From positions 1 through 64,000 of the forward strand of contig MU053504.1 of NCBI GenBank assembly GCA_013239625.1: 64,000 bases of DNA. The letters are read 5' to 3'. The first letter of the stretch is position 1. Each line of letters starts with the position of its first letter. This document shows positions 12,601-24,874 of this stretch, one piece after another. The position numbers were made by a program, and so were the translations under genes. This DNA is from Lama guanicoe. Lineage: Eukaryota. The notes under the pieces were generated by a model. The model ran no database searches. It worked only from the letters and a program-made list of their open reading frames with translations, and had not been told where the DNA came from.

Positions 12601-13611
12601 GGGGAAGACAAAGGCCCAAGGAGACAAGGAGACGTAGCCAGGGCCCAGATGAGGAGGAAAGGAAGAGGCTGGGAAGCGGAAGGAACAGCTGCAAGTGGAG
12701 GAAGCAGAGTCTGGAGTCCCAGGGGAGAGGGCTGGGGGTGGAATGGGGACAGGACAGGCACTGGGCCCAGGGTTCTGGACCACTGCCATTCCTGACTCCA
12801 CAGGCGGCAGGACCCCGGACCGGGCAGAGGTTTTCCTTTAATAGGTGCCACCTTCACTCCTGTGCTAGGCAGTGCTGGGGCCACCGAGGTGAACTCAGGG
12901 TCATACACTCTGAGCTCAGCTGAAGGACCTGATGTTGGTAGAAGTGAGTTACCCAGGACTAGAGCTCAATACTGTCCATAAGATGTGCTCAGGAAACAGC
13001 AACGGGCCTTCTCTTCTCGGCGCTTTCCAGTCCTGGAAATAAGTTAAGCAGGTACCTAAGTGCAACCTTAGCGTTGGGCCCTGTGAACCATCTGGGAGGA
13101 GGGACCCTCCGTTACCAGAAAGAATGCAGTCTGTCTCGTAAGCAGTCATAAATTCTCAAGGATGAAAGGATGGTGCCATTTTTTCACATTAACTGTATCA
13201 AGATGTAATTAATGTAAAATCACAGGCACCCATGGTATCCGTTTTAAAGTGTGTCTTTCCATGAGTTTGGACAAACATGGAAACCCTGTATAACCACCTA
13301 CCTAATCAAGATGCAGACCACTTCCATAGCCCCCAAAAGCCCCCTTGTGCCCCTCACCTTTCACTCCCACCTCCTGGCCCCAGGCCACCACTAATCCGAT
13401 CTGTCACTATTGCTTGGTTTTGCCTCTTCTAGAATTCATGTAAGTGAAATCAGACAGCATGGACTCTTTTGTGCCTGGCTTCTTTCCTCATCTTCATGTC
13501 TTGAGATTCATCCATGTTGTTGCATGTTCAGCAACCTGTTTCTTTTTATTGCTGAGTAATATTCCATCAAATATTACTCGAACATTTCCAGTGGGTCATT
13601 TTCCATTTTGT

Positions 13612-15215
13612 GTAGAGCCTGCCTCCAAAGCATATCCAGAAATCCTCTGCTTTCCCTTCCTGATCTTTGGGTGAAATTCCATCCCATGTGAAAGAGACCT
13701 AAGCTCTGGGTAGGTCCTGAGAGCGCAGGAGAAGATCTCATTCTTGGGGCAAACAAAGCTCACTCTTGCCAGCATTGATCACTCTCTTAGTAAAACTCTA
13801 CTGTCTCCTCTCCTCTGCGGACTCACTCCCAGGTGATGTCACCCAGCCCTGTGACTTAAGTCCTGATGACTCTTAAACGTAGACCTAAGATGTAGCTCCA
13901 GCCTCTCCCCTGGGCTCCAGATGCTGACATCCAGCTGCCTGTCATGCCTACATCTCCTCCTCCTACAATTCTCTCTGACTCAGTGGAGGGCTGAGTCACT
14001 GCTCAGCCACTGCTCAGGCCTAACACCAAGGTGGGACCTCCTTGCTTTCTCCTTGTCATCTCATCCCCTGCTTCTTATCCATCAGCTGGTCCTGTTTGTC
14101 CCATCTCTAACCTGTATCTGGAATCCCATCCCAATTCCCAACCCCACTGTCACCTTCATCTGTCAGCTGGACTGCTGTGGCAGGAGTGCCACCCAGCCTT
14201 GTAGACAACATAATTTCAGACTTGAGAGCTGATGGCCGGGCCTCCTCCCTTAAGTGGGGATCCAGTGAGCTAACATTGTCCATGTTGAGGGGAGGAGAGA
14301 CCTCCAGCAGGAGACGAGGATTTTAGTCCACAGGTATTTGTTGTGCACCTGCTATGTGTCAGGCACTGTTCTTGGTTCTGGGGATGTGATGGCAGACAAG
14401 TATGTTGCTGTCTTTGCTCTCAGAGCTGTAATGGTGGTAGGAGAATGGGGAGGCAGAGGAGGGCATCCCTGGCAGGGGCACGGTGTAAGCCAGGGCATGG
14501 AGGTGGGATAGCAGGCATCACCCATGGTCCAGTCTGAGGTAGCTGGTGGAGCAGGGATGGGGAGAGGGAGAAGCAGTCTCCCGCCCTGAGCCATGGGAGA
14601 ACCCATGGAAACCTCAGACATCAAATTCAGTTCAGAGCCCTTACCCAGCAAAACTGGAACCCCTTTGTAGTGGTCAGGCAAGGAACCCTCGCTGCCAGGC
14701 TGTGAGGAGCCACCTTCGTGCTCCTGTCTCATGGCTTCCCTTGACTGGGAGCCCCAGGCTAGGACCCTTCCCAGCAGAGACACCTCTCCCCAAGAGGCCA
14801 GGACCCGGCAGAGTGTCTGGGATGCTTGTGATGCCATTTCCCACCTGGCTTCTCAAGTCGACTCCTGTTTGGCTCCTGTGGGAATCTCACCTCATTGAGA
14901 CCCCAGCACCTAGTTCTCTGCCTCTGCGATTGGCCTAGGAGTGTGTGTGTGTGTGTGTGTGTCCCCGCATGTGCTGAGTGTAGAGCATGAATGATCCCTG
15001 CTGCTCAGTCCAGGCAGCTGGACTAATGGTCCATTTCCCCCTGGTCTGGAGGCCTCCTCCAGGCCCCCAGCTGCCCTGATGGGCCAGGTCACCCTCCCGC
15101 CCCGGGAGCCCCCAGCCGCTCCCCACTCGGCTTTCCTTGTATTGTGCACAGGCTGGTTCCTCGAGGAAATGGGGCGGCTGCTGGGTGCGGGGGTGGCCGC
15201 CAGCGGCCCCACCCC
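13612..15215 (+). pseudogene. Second cluster of Gly-X-Y exon remnants
   Basis: 13612-13656 VEP ASK AYP EIL CFP, where every third codon (GTA/GCC/GCA/GAA/TGC) is one change from Gly. 14220-14264 is an exact 45-bp tttcag|...GPP PLS GDP|gtgagc. About 14740-14827 LT GSP RLG PFP AET PLP KRP GPG RVS GML. About 15027-15120 GPF PP GLE ASS RPP AAL / GHP PAR EPP AAP. Confidence 0.7.
14941..14962. repeat. (GT)n microsatellite
   Basis: Perfect GT run. Confidence 0.95.
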
Positions 15216-16813
15216 CTTCCCCCCATTGTCACTCCTGGCTTCGGCCCCCAGCCCCTGCTGCTGACACTAAAAATAGTCTTGCTCACAGGGAGACGGCCCC
15301 ACCCGAGCGGGCTTCCAGGCTGGGCGTGGGGTCGGGGTTGCCAAGACAGAGCTGTCCCTGGTGGGAGGGGGCAGTGAGGTGCTCCCATCAAGTGACCTAG
15401 GTCAAAGCACAATAGAGCTGTGTGACCTCAGGTCACCTTCTTCCCCTCTCTGAGCCTGGGTTTTCTCATCTGTCAAATGAGGATCAGTACACTTGCCTGC
15501 TGAGGTTGCTCTTGAGAGTGGATGGAAGTGTGGCTGGGTCCCCAGGGCTCTGTTCTTGGCCAGCTCTGGGGTTGGTGCTGCTTGAGAATCTGCAGAGCCT
15601 GAGGAGAGAGCACATAACATGCCTTTATCCTCATCCCCATCTTCAGTGGCCGCTAAGTGGCCTGATTTCCCCCAAACAGAGATGCTGAGAGGCTGAAGAG
15701 TCTGCCTGGGAATCCAGAGGCATCCTCAGGTGTGTCGTGTGAGACCTGGCAGGTGCCTCTGAGACCTGTGTGAGCTCACATTGTGAATTATGTAGCCAGG
15801 ATAGGACTCATACCCATGTCTCCAGCCTCTGAGGGCTGTGTTTTTTCCGCTTTGAGGGGCTGCCTTTATGCTGATGACTCTACAGACTTCCTGGCTGGGA
15901 TCACCTTGTCTTTGAGTCCACAAACACATGATTCATCATGAAGGAAGACGTTGGGCATGGGCGTTGTGGCTTGAGCTGGGGGCTGGGTACCTCCCTTGGA
16001 GCCCACATGGGTGAACAGCTGCCCTCAGATGCTATCCATGGCCACTGAGCTGGGCCTGCAAAGGAGGAATTATCAGCATATCTGTCTGTCTTCTGGGCCC
16101 TTTTGTTTGTTCGTTCATTCATTCATCCTTCCTTCCTTCCTTTGTTCTCTCTTTTTTTTAACAATGAAATATTTTAGACATGGATTCTGTTATATACTTG
16201 AGAGTCTGGAACTCTTAGAATTACTCTTGTCAGAGTTGGAATTTTCTATGTGTTTCTGTGGTTATCTGTGTCCCCCACTAACCTTTACTGTTAGTTCATG
16301 TATCCTCCCCGAGACAAGTACAGTGTATCTCCCATTCAGACCCTGATCCTGTGCAGATTTGTTTCCACCCACTTGTATTTGGGGATTTGTGGGGACGCTT
16401 TTGTCACCTGGTTTTGTTGTAAACCTTGTCCGTGGGGTTTTGGTTTGCTAGTTGCTGTACCTATTTTAAAGTAGGGATTTGGGAAGATTCAAACATGTTT
16501 TTACCCCTGTCACAGCCATCTTCCCAGAATCCTGACTCTTTCTGAATAATTTATGTATATGGAAAAAGAATTAGTACACAAGGTGTTGAGTGATGGGTCT
16601 TTCTTGGACCCCAAAGATGACCACTGTTCCCAGTTTGGGGCTTCTTCCAGGTATTTTATGCACATCAAGCAAACGTAGGTACCCAGGCTGGTTCTTGCAC
16701 ACACACTGGTGTATTCTACTTTTTGTACTGCACTTAGCACTATGTTTTGACATTGTTCTAAGTCAGCATACAGAGTACTTCCCCATTTGAAAATAAAAAT
16801 GGCTGCATATAAA

Positions 16814-17283
16814 GCAGGGATTTTTAGCTTGTTGTACCATCCACCCCTTTAGCATCCGGTGATGAGATGGACCCCTTCTCGTAATCATATTTTTTAAGCA
16901 CATAAAGTAAAGTGCATAGGATTGCAAAGGAAGCCAGTCATTCGGAAATGCTACTACTGCAGCAGCAGCAAGAGTTTGTGATGCAGTAATAGGTGGGCTT
17001 CTTTATCTGTACATTAAATAAAAGATGTGCATGCAGGTTTGGGGTCTCGATGAGCTTAAATAATATGTGGAGGGGTCTGTAAGCACTGTGATGTCAGACC
17101 TAAGGGTCTCTGACTTCTACTGTGACAAAGGCACTGCGGACCCTGCCGTGGCTCATGGTCCATATTTGTACTTGAAGGAAATGTTGCATTTCAGTTAGAG
17201 GTTAGTGAATATATAGTTGTTATTTTGTTCCCATCCAAATTCACGGAGCCCCTGAGTTCTGAACCCCAGGTTCAGAACCCTTG
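16814..17283. mobile_element. hAT/Charlie-like DNA transposon remnant
   Basis: Begins caggg.. and ends ..ccccaggttcagaacccttg, with an AT-rich interior. Confidence 0.5.
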
Positions 17284-17379
17284 CTAAAAAGTGTAGCCAT
17301 CCCTCACTTTATTCAACCCGTCTCTTCTTGAAGATTCACCCTGTCTCAGTATTTCTCCAAATCCTGTTGTTGTGTAGCT

Positions 17380-18007
17380 GGGGAAACCAAGGCCCTGGGC
17401 TGGCGAACGGACTGGGGTGGCAGGACACCAGGTCCTGACTCCAGGCCCAGGCACATGCCCAATTCCTCCCCCACCAGGCTGATGGCAGGGAGTCAGCCAG
17501 GAGCAGGTTGGCAGCTGGTGTCCTGTCCTGAGAGTGACCCGGCCCCGCCTGCGCCCCGCTCCCCGCCCTGGCCGGCACAGCTGTGGATGTGACAGGAGGC
17601 TTGGCTCCGATTCACCCAGGCACATTCCTGGCCCAGCCACTATTTTTTTTTTTTTTGTGACTCTTTCTCCCACACCCCCAACCTTCACCCCCCTTTTCCT
17701 CAAAAATGCTCTGTCTCTCCCCAGAGGGTCCCTTTGGGCGGCGGCTCCTGGAGGGAAATGTGGCCTGGATTTCCTGGAACACGCGGAGCTGGAGTCCCAG
17801 CACAGGGAGGAGGGAAGCTGCTGGCAGCAGAGCCACACCCCTCCCCCAAACATAAGTGGGTTCTCTGGAGAGACGGGTGAACTGGAGCCTCAGTATTCCC
17901 ATTCCACTGGGCCCTCTGAGCAGAGACGCCTACTGCTGCAGGAATGGGCCGCTGCAGTCGGGGTGGTGAGACAACCTCCCCAGGGAATCACAGCTCTGGG
18001 ACCTTTG
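17380..18007 (+). pseudogene. Third cluster of Gly-X-Y exon remnants
   Basis: GKP RPW A GER T GVA GHQ (from 17380). ccaccag|ADG RES ARS RLA AGV (17478-17533; first-position codons GCT/AGG/GCC/AGG/GCT). GSL WAA AP GGK. EHA ELE SQH REE GS. GFS GET GEL EPQ (17858-17893). ST GPS EQR RLL. Confidence 0.65.
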
Positions 18008-18909
18008 TGACTCTGTGACCTTGGACAAGCCACATGATCTCGCTAAGCTCTGGTCTTCTGGCTCTTCAGTGCAGGGCCTGTGATCAGGACCTGCCAAGGC
18101 TAGTGGACGGTCCAGTTAGGCGACAGCTATGCATGAGCCCTTCCCAAACCCGAAAGCCTTGCTCCAGTACACAAGGTGTTTGAGGGAAGTTGGGGGTGCA
18201 GGTGTTGGGGTACACTGGGAGAGGGGTGGGACTGGATACCCTCTGTCCTTCATTCGCTCATGAGACAATTACTTGTTGATCACTTACCGTTGTGCCAAGC
18301 ATTGGGGCTCAGCAGTGAACACAGGAGACCAGGGCTCGCAGAAAATAAACAGACAAATGCCCCCACAGGGTCAGGAGATGAGTGCTTTGTGTTGGGTGCG
18401 AGGGTCAGGGGAAGGCCTCTGCTGGGGGACAAGCGAGTGGAGGCACCAATGAAGCAGAGGCCCCGAGGTGGGAGCAGGGAGGGAGGGCTAGAGAGGCCTG
18501 TGTGGGGTGGGGAGATGGGCAGAGGGAGGCTGGGGGCTTGTAGCCCAGCAAGGGCTTCGGCTCCATTCATAGGATGCCACCAAGGGCTCTGACATGTGCA
18601 GTGATACACCAGAAAAATGGCCCACAGGGGTGGGGGTTGGGAGGTGCAGGAGCTGCATCCCTGGAGCTTGAGCTTTGAGACCCAGCACAGCTCCTTCCTG
18701 GCTCTGCAAGCGTGGCCAGGGGGACACTCTCTCCCTCAAGCCTCAGTTTCCTTCTCCGTAAAGTGGGGCTCCTAGCACTCGGATGGCTAAGAGAAAGGAA
18801 TGTGAAAGGCGAAGCTACAGCTTTCAATGGTGGGAGCTGTTCTTTCTATGAATCTGAAGCCACTTGCTTGGGCAGAGCTGAAGACTGGCTTTGAACCCAG
18901 GTGTGGGTG

Positions 18910-19589
18910 TGTTGCAGGAAAACTGGGTGGGAGAAGATGGCCATGTCTCAGGTCCCAGGCAGGTCCCTGGGACGTGCCCTGCCAAGTAAGGATCCTTGGC
19001 TTTGTGCGGGAAAGAATTAAAAAGTGAGTCATAGTAGAGTGAAAGTAGATTTATTCAGAGAGATACACATTCCATTGACAGAGTGCAGGCAGTCTCTGAG
19101 GGCGAGAGAGATTGAGAGAGACAGAGAGAGAGAGAGGTGAGAGGCCCTAGTAGATACACATTCCTTGGGCAGAATGCAGTTGGTCTCCTCAGAAGGGAGA
19201 GCAGCCACAGGTGTAGAGGTAGTTAGTTTTTATAGGCTGGGTAATTCCATATGCTAACAAGTGGAAAGATTATTCCGACTATGTTGGAGAAGGGGTGGGG
19301 AGTCCCAGGATTTAGGCCACCACCCACTTTTTGGCCTTTTATGGCCAGCCTCAGAACTCTTATGGCACCTGTGGGAGTGCCACTTAGCATGCTAATGTAT
19401 TACAATGAGTGTATAATGAAGCTCAAGGTCTACTGGAAGTCAATTGTACTGCCATCTTGGGCCTCAAGGTAGAAGTTGAATTTTCTGCCATCTTGGACCT
19501 AGTCGGTTTTTAACCAATTTATGTCTTATCCTCAATTGATGTGTCATTCTTTTAATGATTGTGCCCATCTCAGGATACCTCATGTCTCA
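18910..19589. mobile_element. Solo ERV LTR (ERV1-like)
   Basis: About 680-bp unit bounded by TG...CA, with near-identical 4-bp flanks (ggtg / agtg) and LTR-like internal composition. Confidence 0.65.
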
Positions 19590-19614
19590 AGTGTGGCTTT
19601 GAACAAGGCTACTC

Positions 19615-22600
19615 AGCTCCTGGGGACATGTGGGGTCGTCACCTGGGATGGGATCCTGCTTAATTGTCTGTGGCCCTTTTCCCCTTCTGGGTACAGAGCT
19701 GGATTTAGGGGAGCCTCTGGGGTGAAGGAAGAGGGTCAAGGAGCCACCTTGAGATGCATGGGGGGAGGAAGCTAGGGGTCCTCCTGAGTGTCTCTGCTGT
19801 CTCAGGACACCTTCTGACTCTTCCTCTCTGCAGAGGGGACTGGGACTCATCTGGTGTGCTGGGTCCACCTCCGTCTCCTGCCTGCTCTCAGCCTCAGTTT
19901 TCTCATCTGTGAGGTGAGCACAGCAAATCCCAGCCCTGGCGGTGATGAGAAGGTTGGGAAGCAGTGGTTTGTCGTGCATGAGGTGCTTGGACAGGACCCC
20001 TCATCAAGGAGGAGGGAACCCACCTGCCTGGGTACTGTCCTAAGCCAGTGGGATTGTGTCATTCCACCGGAACCTTCAGTGACCTCCCTTTGCTCTCCAG
20101 ATGAAGAATGAACTCCTGTCGCAGGTGCACAGGCCTCCTGGCTCTTCCTCATTAATGCCAACTGTGTTCCAGCATCTGGCCCTTGGTATTGGTCCCTGCA
20201 CCCTTCCCCCTTGGCCTAGTAAACTTCCACGTCCTGTTCAGCTCACTTTAACCGCCTCTTCCTGGGGGAAGCCCACCCTGACCTGCAGACTAGATTGGGT
20301 CTTATGTTGCAAGGACCTAATGGTGCCACGTCCCCTCCTGATGACACCCATGACTGTTGTAATTTCATGGTGTGATTACCTGATTATTGACTGTCTCCAT
20401 GTGAGGACTGTGTATTCCATGAGGGCAGGGAAGCTGACTCATTCACAACTGTATCCCCAACCTTCAACACAGTGCCTGCACACAGCAGACGCTCAATAAA
20501 TGCCTGCTGGATGATGGAGGAATGGAATCCTCTCGACACCCAGAGGAAGGAGGTGGTATCATTCCCTTTTTACAGATAAGGAATGGCACAGAGAGGTTAA
20601 GTAACACTCCCAAAGGTCAGACCGCCAAAACACAGCCAGAATCAGATGGTGTCTGTCTGGGGATGTGTTCCTGCCAGCAGGGCTCAGAAGGTAGGCAGAT
20701 GGGGTTATGCAGAGAGGAACTAGGACCATCTGGACAGGGAAGGGGTGTGGGGGCGAGCCCTGCCCATCCGTGTTTTCTCCTGGCTATGGTGTTTCATGGC
20801 TGTTTTCCTCAAGGGCGACTCAGGTGACCTTCAGGTTGGTCCCAGGGGTCGGCTGGGTGGAGAGCTCGGTCTGGCCCGGGTTGCTTTCCTCGCCCCTTTG
20901 CCCGCCCGCTGGCTTCACGCACAGATTACAACTTCCCCTTCACGGCTGTCTTACGCAGGCCACCTCCGGCTCGCCATTGTCTCATTGTTTGCCGAGGGAA
21001 GCTCCAGGAGGAAATTAACCTGCTGCTCACCCCTAGCAGGGAGTTTCACCCCCAGTCCCCACTGGGAATGCCTGGAGGCCAGGCAGGAGGGGTGGGGGCA
21101 GGTAGTAGACAATAACAACAGGCAGCCTTAAAAGGAGTGAGCTCCCAGGCAGAGGAAAAATGTAAGCAGAGGCTCCATTCCCTGGTAGACATTTATTGGG
21201 TCCTGTCATGGGCCAGGCTATGTGTCAGGGAACTGGAGATACAGATGGGAGACAAAGATCTTCTTAAGGACCCTGTGCTGATGAGAGGTGCTGTGCCTCA
21301 GGGTCAGATGCCCCTGCGGGCCAGACAGGTAACAGAAAGCTGAAGGCAGATGTGCAATGGGGAGTGATGGGGTGTATAGCAAAATGAAGACTGCGGGCTT
21401 CTCCTAATGGCCTTTGGATTCTAATTTCATTTTAACAAGGTGCTAATGAAACAAAATGGATCCCCCAGACTGCTTGTAGTCTACAGACTTCCAGTCTAGA
21501 CCTTTAGAGAGGAATTCTTGTTCAGGGGTGAATTTGGGTTGTTAGTTGTTATTGGTGTCTCACACCTCGTCCCCTCAGCCCACCACTGAGTTTAGCTGGA
21601 GCTGTGGTGGGCGCTTCCCAGCATACTGGGTGGCATCCGATTTCAAGTGCCTGTCAGTCATTTGGTTTCTTTGAAGCCTTGGAAACTTTCAGCCAGGACT
21701 TGGGAGGAGTTGACCTGCCCAGGGGCAGCCATCCATCACAGGGGATGGGTGTTGGTGTATAAATGTGTCAGCTCTTATCCACTGGAGATGATTCCCCGTG
21801 GCCGTTCAGAAGGCCAGCAGTGGGATAGGGCATCTGCCGCCCATGTTGGAAACTGGCTCAGTCAGTCTCACTCCTCTTTTCTTCTCTTTCTTGTCTCACT
21901 CTCCCAGATCCTTCTTGCTTCCTGGGCTCCTTGGCACCCATATCCTTGTCTTAGGTTCTGCTTTCAGGGGAATACAAACGAAGACAATCTCTAACGTTCT
22001 TTCTGAATACAGTTGATGATTCTAACCTTATGTGATTCTAAGACTGAATGACTTTAACTCCATGATTACAAGTTTTCATAAGTTAACCCATCTGTGATTC
22101 CAGAATGGCATCATTTTATGTGGCCAAAACACACCTCTCAGCCATGTACTCAGACATGCAAGAAATATAACATTCCATTTTCTATGCGGATTTTGCTGCT
22201 CCTGAGCTCCTGTTTTCTCTGGTGCCAAAAAATGCAAACTTCAGTCAAATCTAGACCAAAAAATTGTCATTTGAGATTTGAATGAAATTGAGCGAGTCAA
22301 GCTTTCTCCTTCCTCCTTTTTTTCCTGGGTTTGTTTAAGTCCTGGATGGGTGGAAGCATCTTGATATTGGTTGGGGGTCAAGCTGGGGTCTGTGACTGGT
22401 CTTTCTCAAGATGGAGAAGCCCATCTGACCCTCCAGCATGCCTCTCCCCTTGGCATCCATTGGGAAAAGTCCCAGCCATGTTGATGCTTTGACCTCTAGA
22501 ATCAAAGAATTATGGTTCCTCTTGGGCCAATAACTGTAAATAGAGTCACATACACTCCACTTTCAGTCACCTGGGGAAGAGATTTGAACTTTTTCTTGTA

Positions 22601-24080
22601 CCTTACAGGGACCTGGTATGCAAAGTTACCATTCAGTCTAATGTATTTGCTGAGTATCCAGTGTGTATTGGGCATTTTGCCAGGCCTTAGGCAAATGAAA
22701 AGACAGACATGGTCTCTTCCCTCATGTCATTCACAAGCCAAATAAAGTGTATATATTTATACCTTATATATTGTGATGTCTGTCATGAAGGAAACAAACA
22801 GGGTGGGCAGAGAACGTCTCTTTGAGGAGTTATCATTTAAGCCAAGGCTAAGAGTCTTAGGTCAGGAGAAGCCACCAAAAGACTTATCAGGAAAAGGAGA
22901 AGTCTGAATTGTATCTGTAGCTGTAAATATTTTGTAGTGTTGAAGGCATCTCCTCTATTTCTTTTGCACTTTACCTTTCCCCTGCTGGTTAGTGGCCTCT
23001 ATCACCTTAGAGAAGGTGAGGCAGAAATGGAAGAAATTCTTTTCTTTGTCTCAAAGGCCAAAGTTTGGAAGAGTCATGGAAATTGAGTCAAAGCCCTGAG
23101 GAATTTGAGGGCACACAATTCATGCTGTAACTAATAGAGTGAGAAGAATAGATGAGTCAAAATTGGTTTTCCTCTTTAGGAAATGAGATAAAGATTATCC
23201 GGGAGGTGGGCAGAAAGGAAGCGTAGCAGAGATATTTAGTCGTCATGCAATTATCTGACTTCCCCTTGTTATGCGGCTGCAGATGGCCACGTGGCTGAAG
23301 ACTACATTTCCCAGTGTCCTTTGCAGTGGGCCCTTAGATGTGGCCCATGATCAGGTTCTGACAAAGGATATGTGAAACTAATGATGTGTGCAACTTTTAG
23401 GTTGTGTATTTAAAGAAAAAAGGGCCATTCTGTCACCACTCCTCTTCTATTCCTGCCAGGTGGAGTTAGACATGACATGAGAAGCTGGAGAGGCCATCTT
23501 TAGACCACAAGACGGAAGCTGCATGTGAGGGATCTCAGAGCAACAAAATTGAGGGGGCGGGTATAGGTCAATGGTAGAGTGCATGCTTAGCATGCACAGG
23601 ATCCTGGGTTCAATCCCCAGTACCACTGGTTAAATAAATAAATAAATCTAATGCACCCCCCACCCCAAATAGGGACTCAACCAAGAGCAACAAAATGGGA
23701 GGAGCCAGGGTCTCTGACACCATGGGACACCAGATCAGCTGCACTTCTTACCCTCTATTGGTTAGTGAGAGAGAAATCAACTTCTGTCTTATTTAGGACA
23801 TAGTTTATGCTACAATAGCTGAATAAGCATCCCAAGTGATACAGAGGGTCAGATATAGGAAATGGTGGAGTGTGTAAATACTGATGTGTGACCCTGAAAG
23901 ATGAATACAGAAACCTCAGGTCATCTTAAGGGCTCATAGAACAGCACTTATGGTTTCACTCCTGGGTTAAACCTAAGGAAGCCATGAACCTAGATGCCTG
24001 AGTAAGTGTGCAGGCCCCCTGGACTTGGTTTCTGCAGATACATGGAGGTGGGGTCATGGGTGACCTAAAAGGGGAAAGTG
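19615..24080 (+). pseudogene. Fourth cluster of Gly-X-Y exon remnants
   Basis: LL GTC GVV TWD GIL. GFR GAS GVK EEG (19701-19736). CQQ GSE GRQ (20672-20698). ttttcctcaag|GDS GDL QV GPR GRL G (20814-20858). ttacgcag|ATS GSP LSH CLP REA (20959). cctcag|GQ/APA GQT GNR KLK ADV (21302-21354). GEA HLT LQH ASP L GIH WEK (about 22413). M VPL GPI T|gtaaat (about 22512). GVM GDLK GE (about 24050). Confidence 0.7.
23550..23683 (+). mobile_element. tRNA-derived SINE (Vic-1-like) with 13-bp target-site duplication, inserted in a MaLR-like LTR
   Basis: SINE body flanked by AGAGCAACAAAAT at 23537-23549 and 23684-23696. Confidence 0.9.
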
Positions 24081-24874
24081 AAAGAAGACACCCAGAGTTG
24101 ACTGAGATTCAGTTTCTGCCACTCAGTGGAATGGAGGCTATTTATTTGGAGGGTGGGCTGAGAATTACATCTGCTTCACTTCTCCTCCTTCTCCTCCTTC
24201 TTCTAACTTGGCCCAGCAGATCCAGGAGGCTGAGTTTCATCACTGCATTCTTGCTGAGCACCAAGGCTCAGGTTCAGGTCCAAACCTAGCCATCACCTTG
24301 CTGTGTGGCCTCGAGAATGTTGTATAACTTCTCTGACCCGGGGTGATCTCTCTGGGAACATAAAGGCATTGAACTCCAGGATGTCCAAGGTGGCTCTTTC
24401 TGCACCAAAGTTCTGTGGTTCTTCTCTGTGTCTGATACTGAAGAGGATTCAGGAGAAGCATGATAAAGTGTCTCTGTTCCAAGGCACTCTGTTCCAAGAG
24501 ACAAGACACAAACACATGGGCATACACACTTAAACAAACATGCATAATCAAACATCACAATATCCAAGAGGAAATGTAACATCAAGATTTAAGATGCAAG
24601 CTTTGGAACTGAACAGACCAGAGTTTTACTTACCCCCATCTTTGTCACTAGCTAGCTGGTAATCCTGGGCAAGTCACTGTACTTCTCTGAGCCTTGACTT
24701 CCTCACGTTTAAGATGGGGATAATGATACCTACGTTTAGGGCACTCAAGGAAATAAGATGAGGTAATATATATAGAGCACTGAGCTCAATGCCAAGCACA
24801 TGGTGGGCAGTCAACACGTGGTTGTGTTGATGAGAATTGTGAATCATGGTAGGAACCAAGTGAAATGTAGGAAA

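Noticed and set aside
17534..18010. 158-aa plus-strand ORF as a functional gene
   Set aside because: Non-ATG start. It is a chance open frame through several decayed collagen relics.
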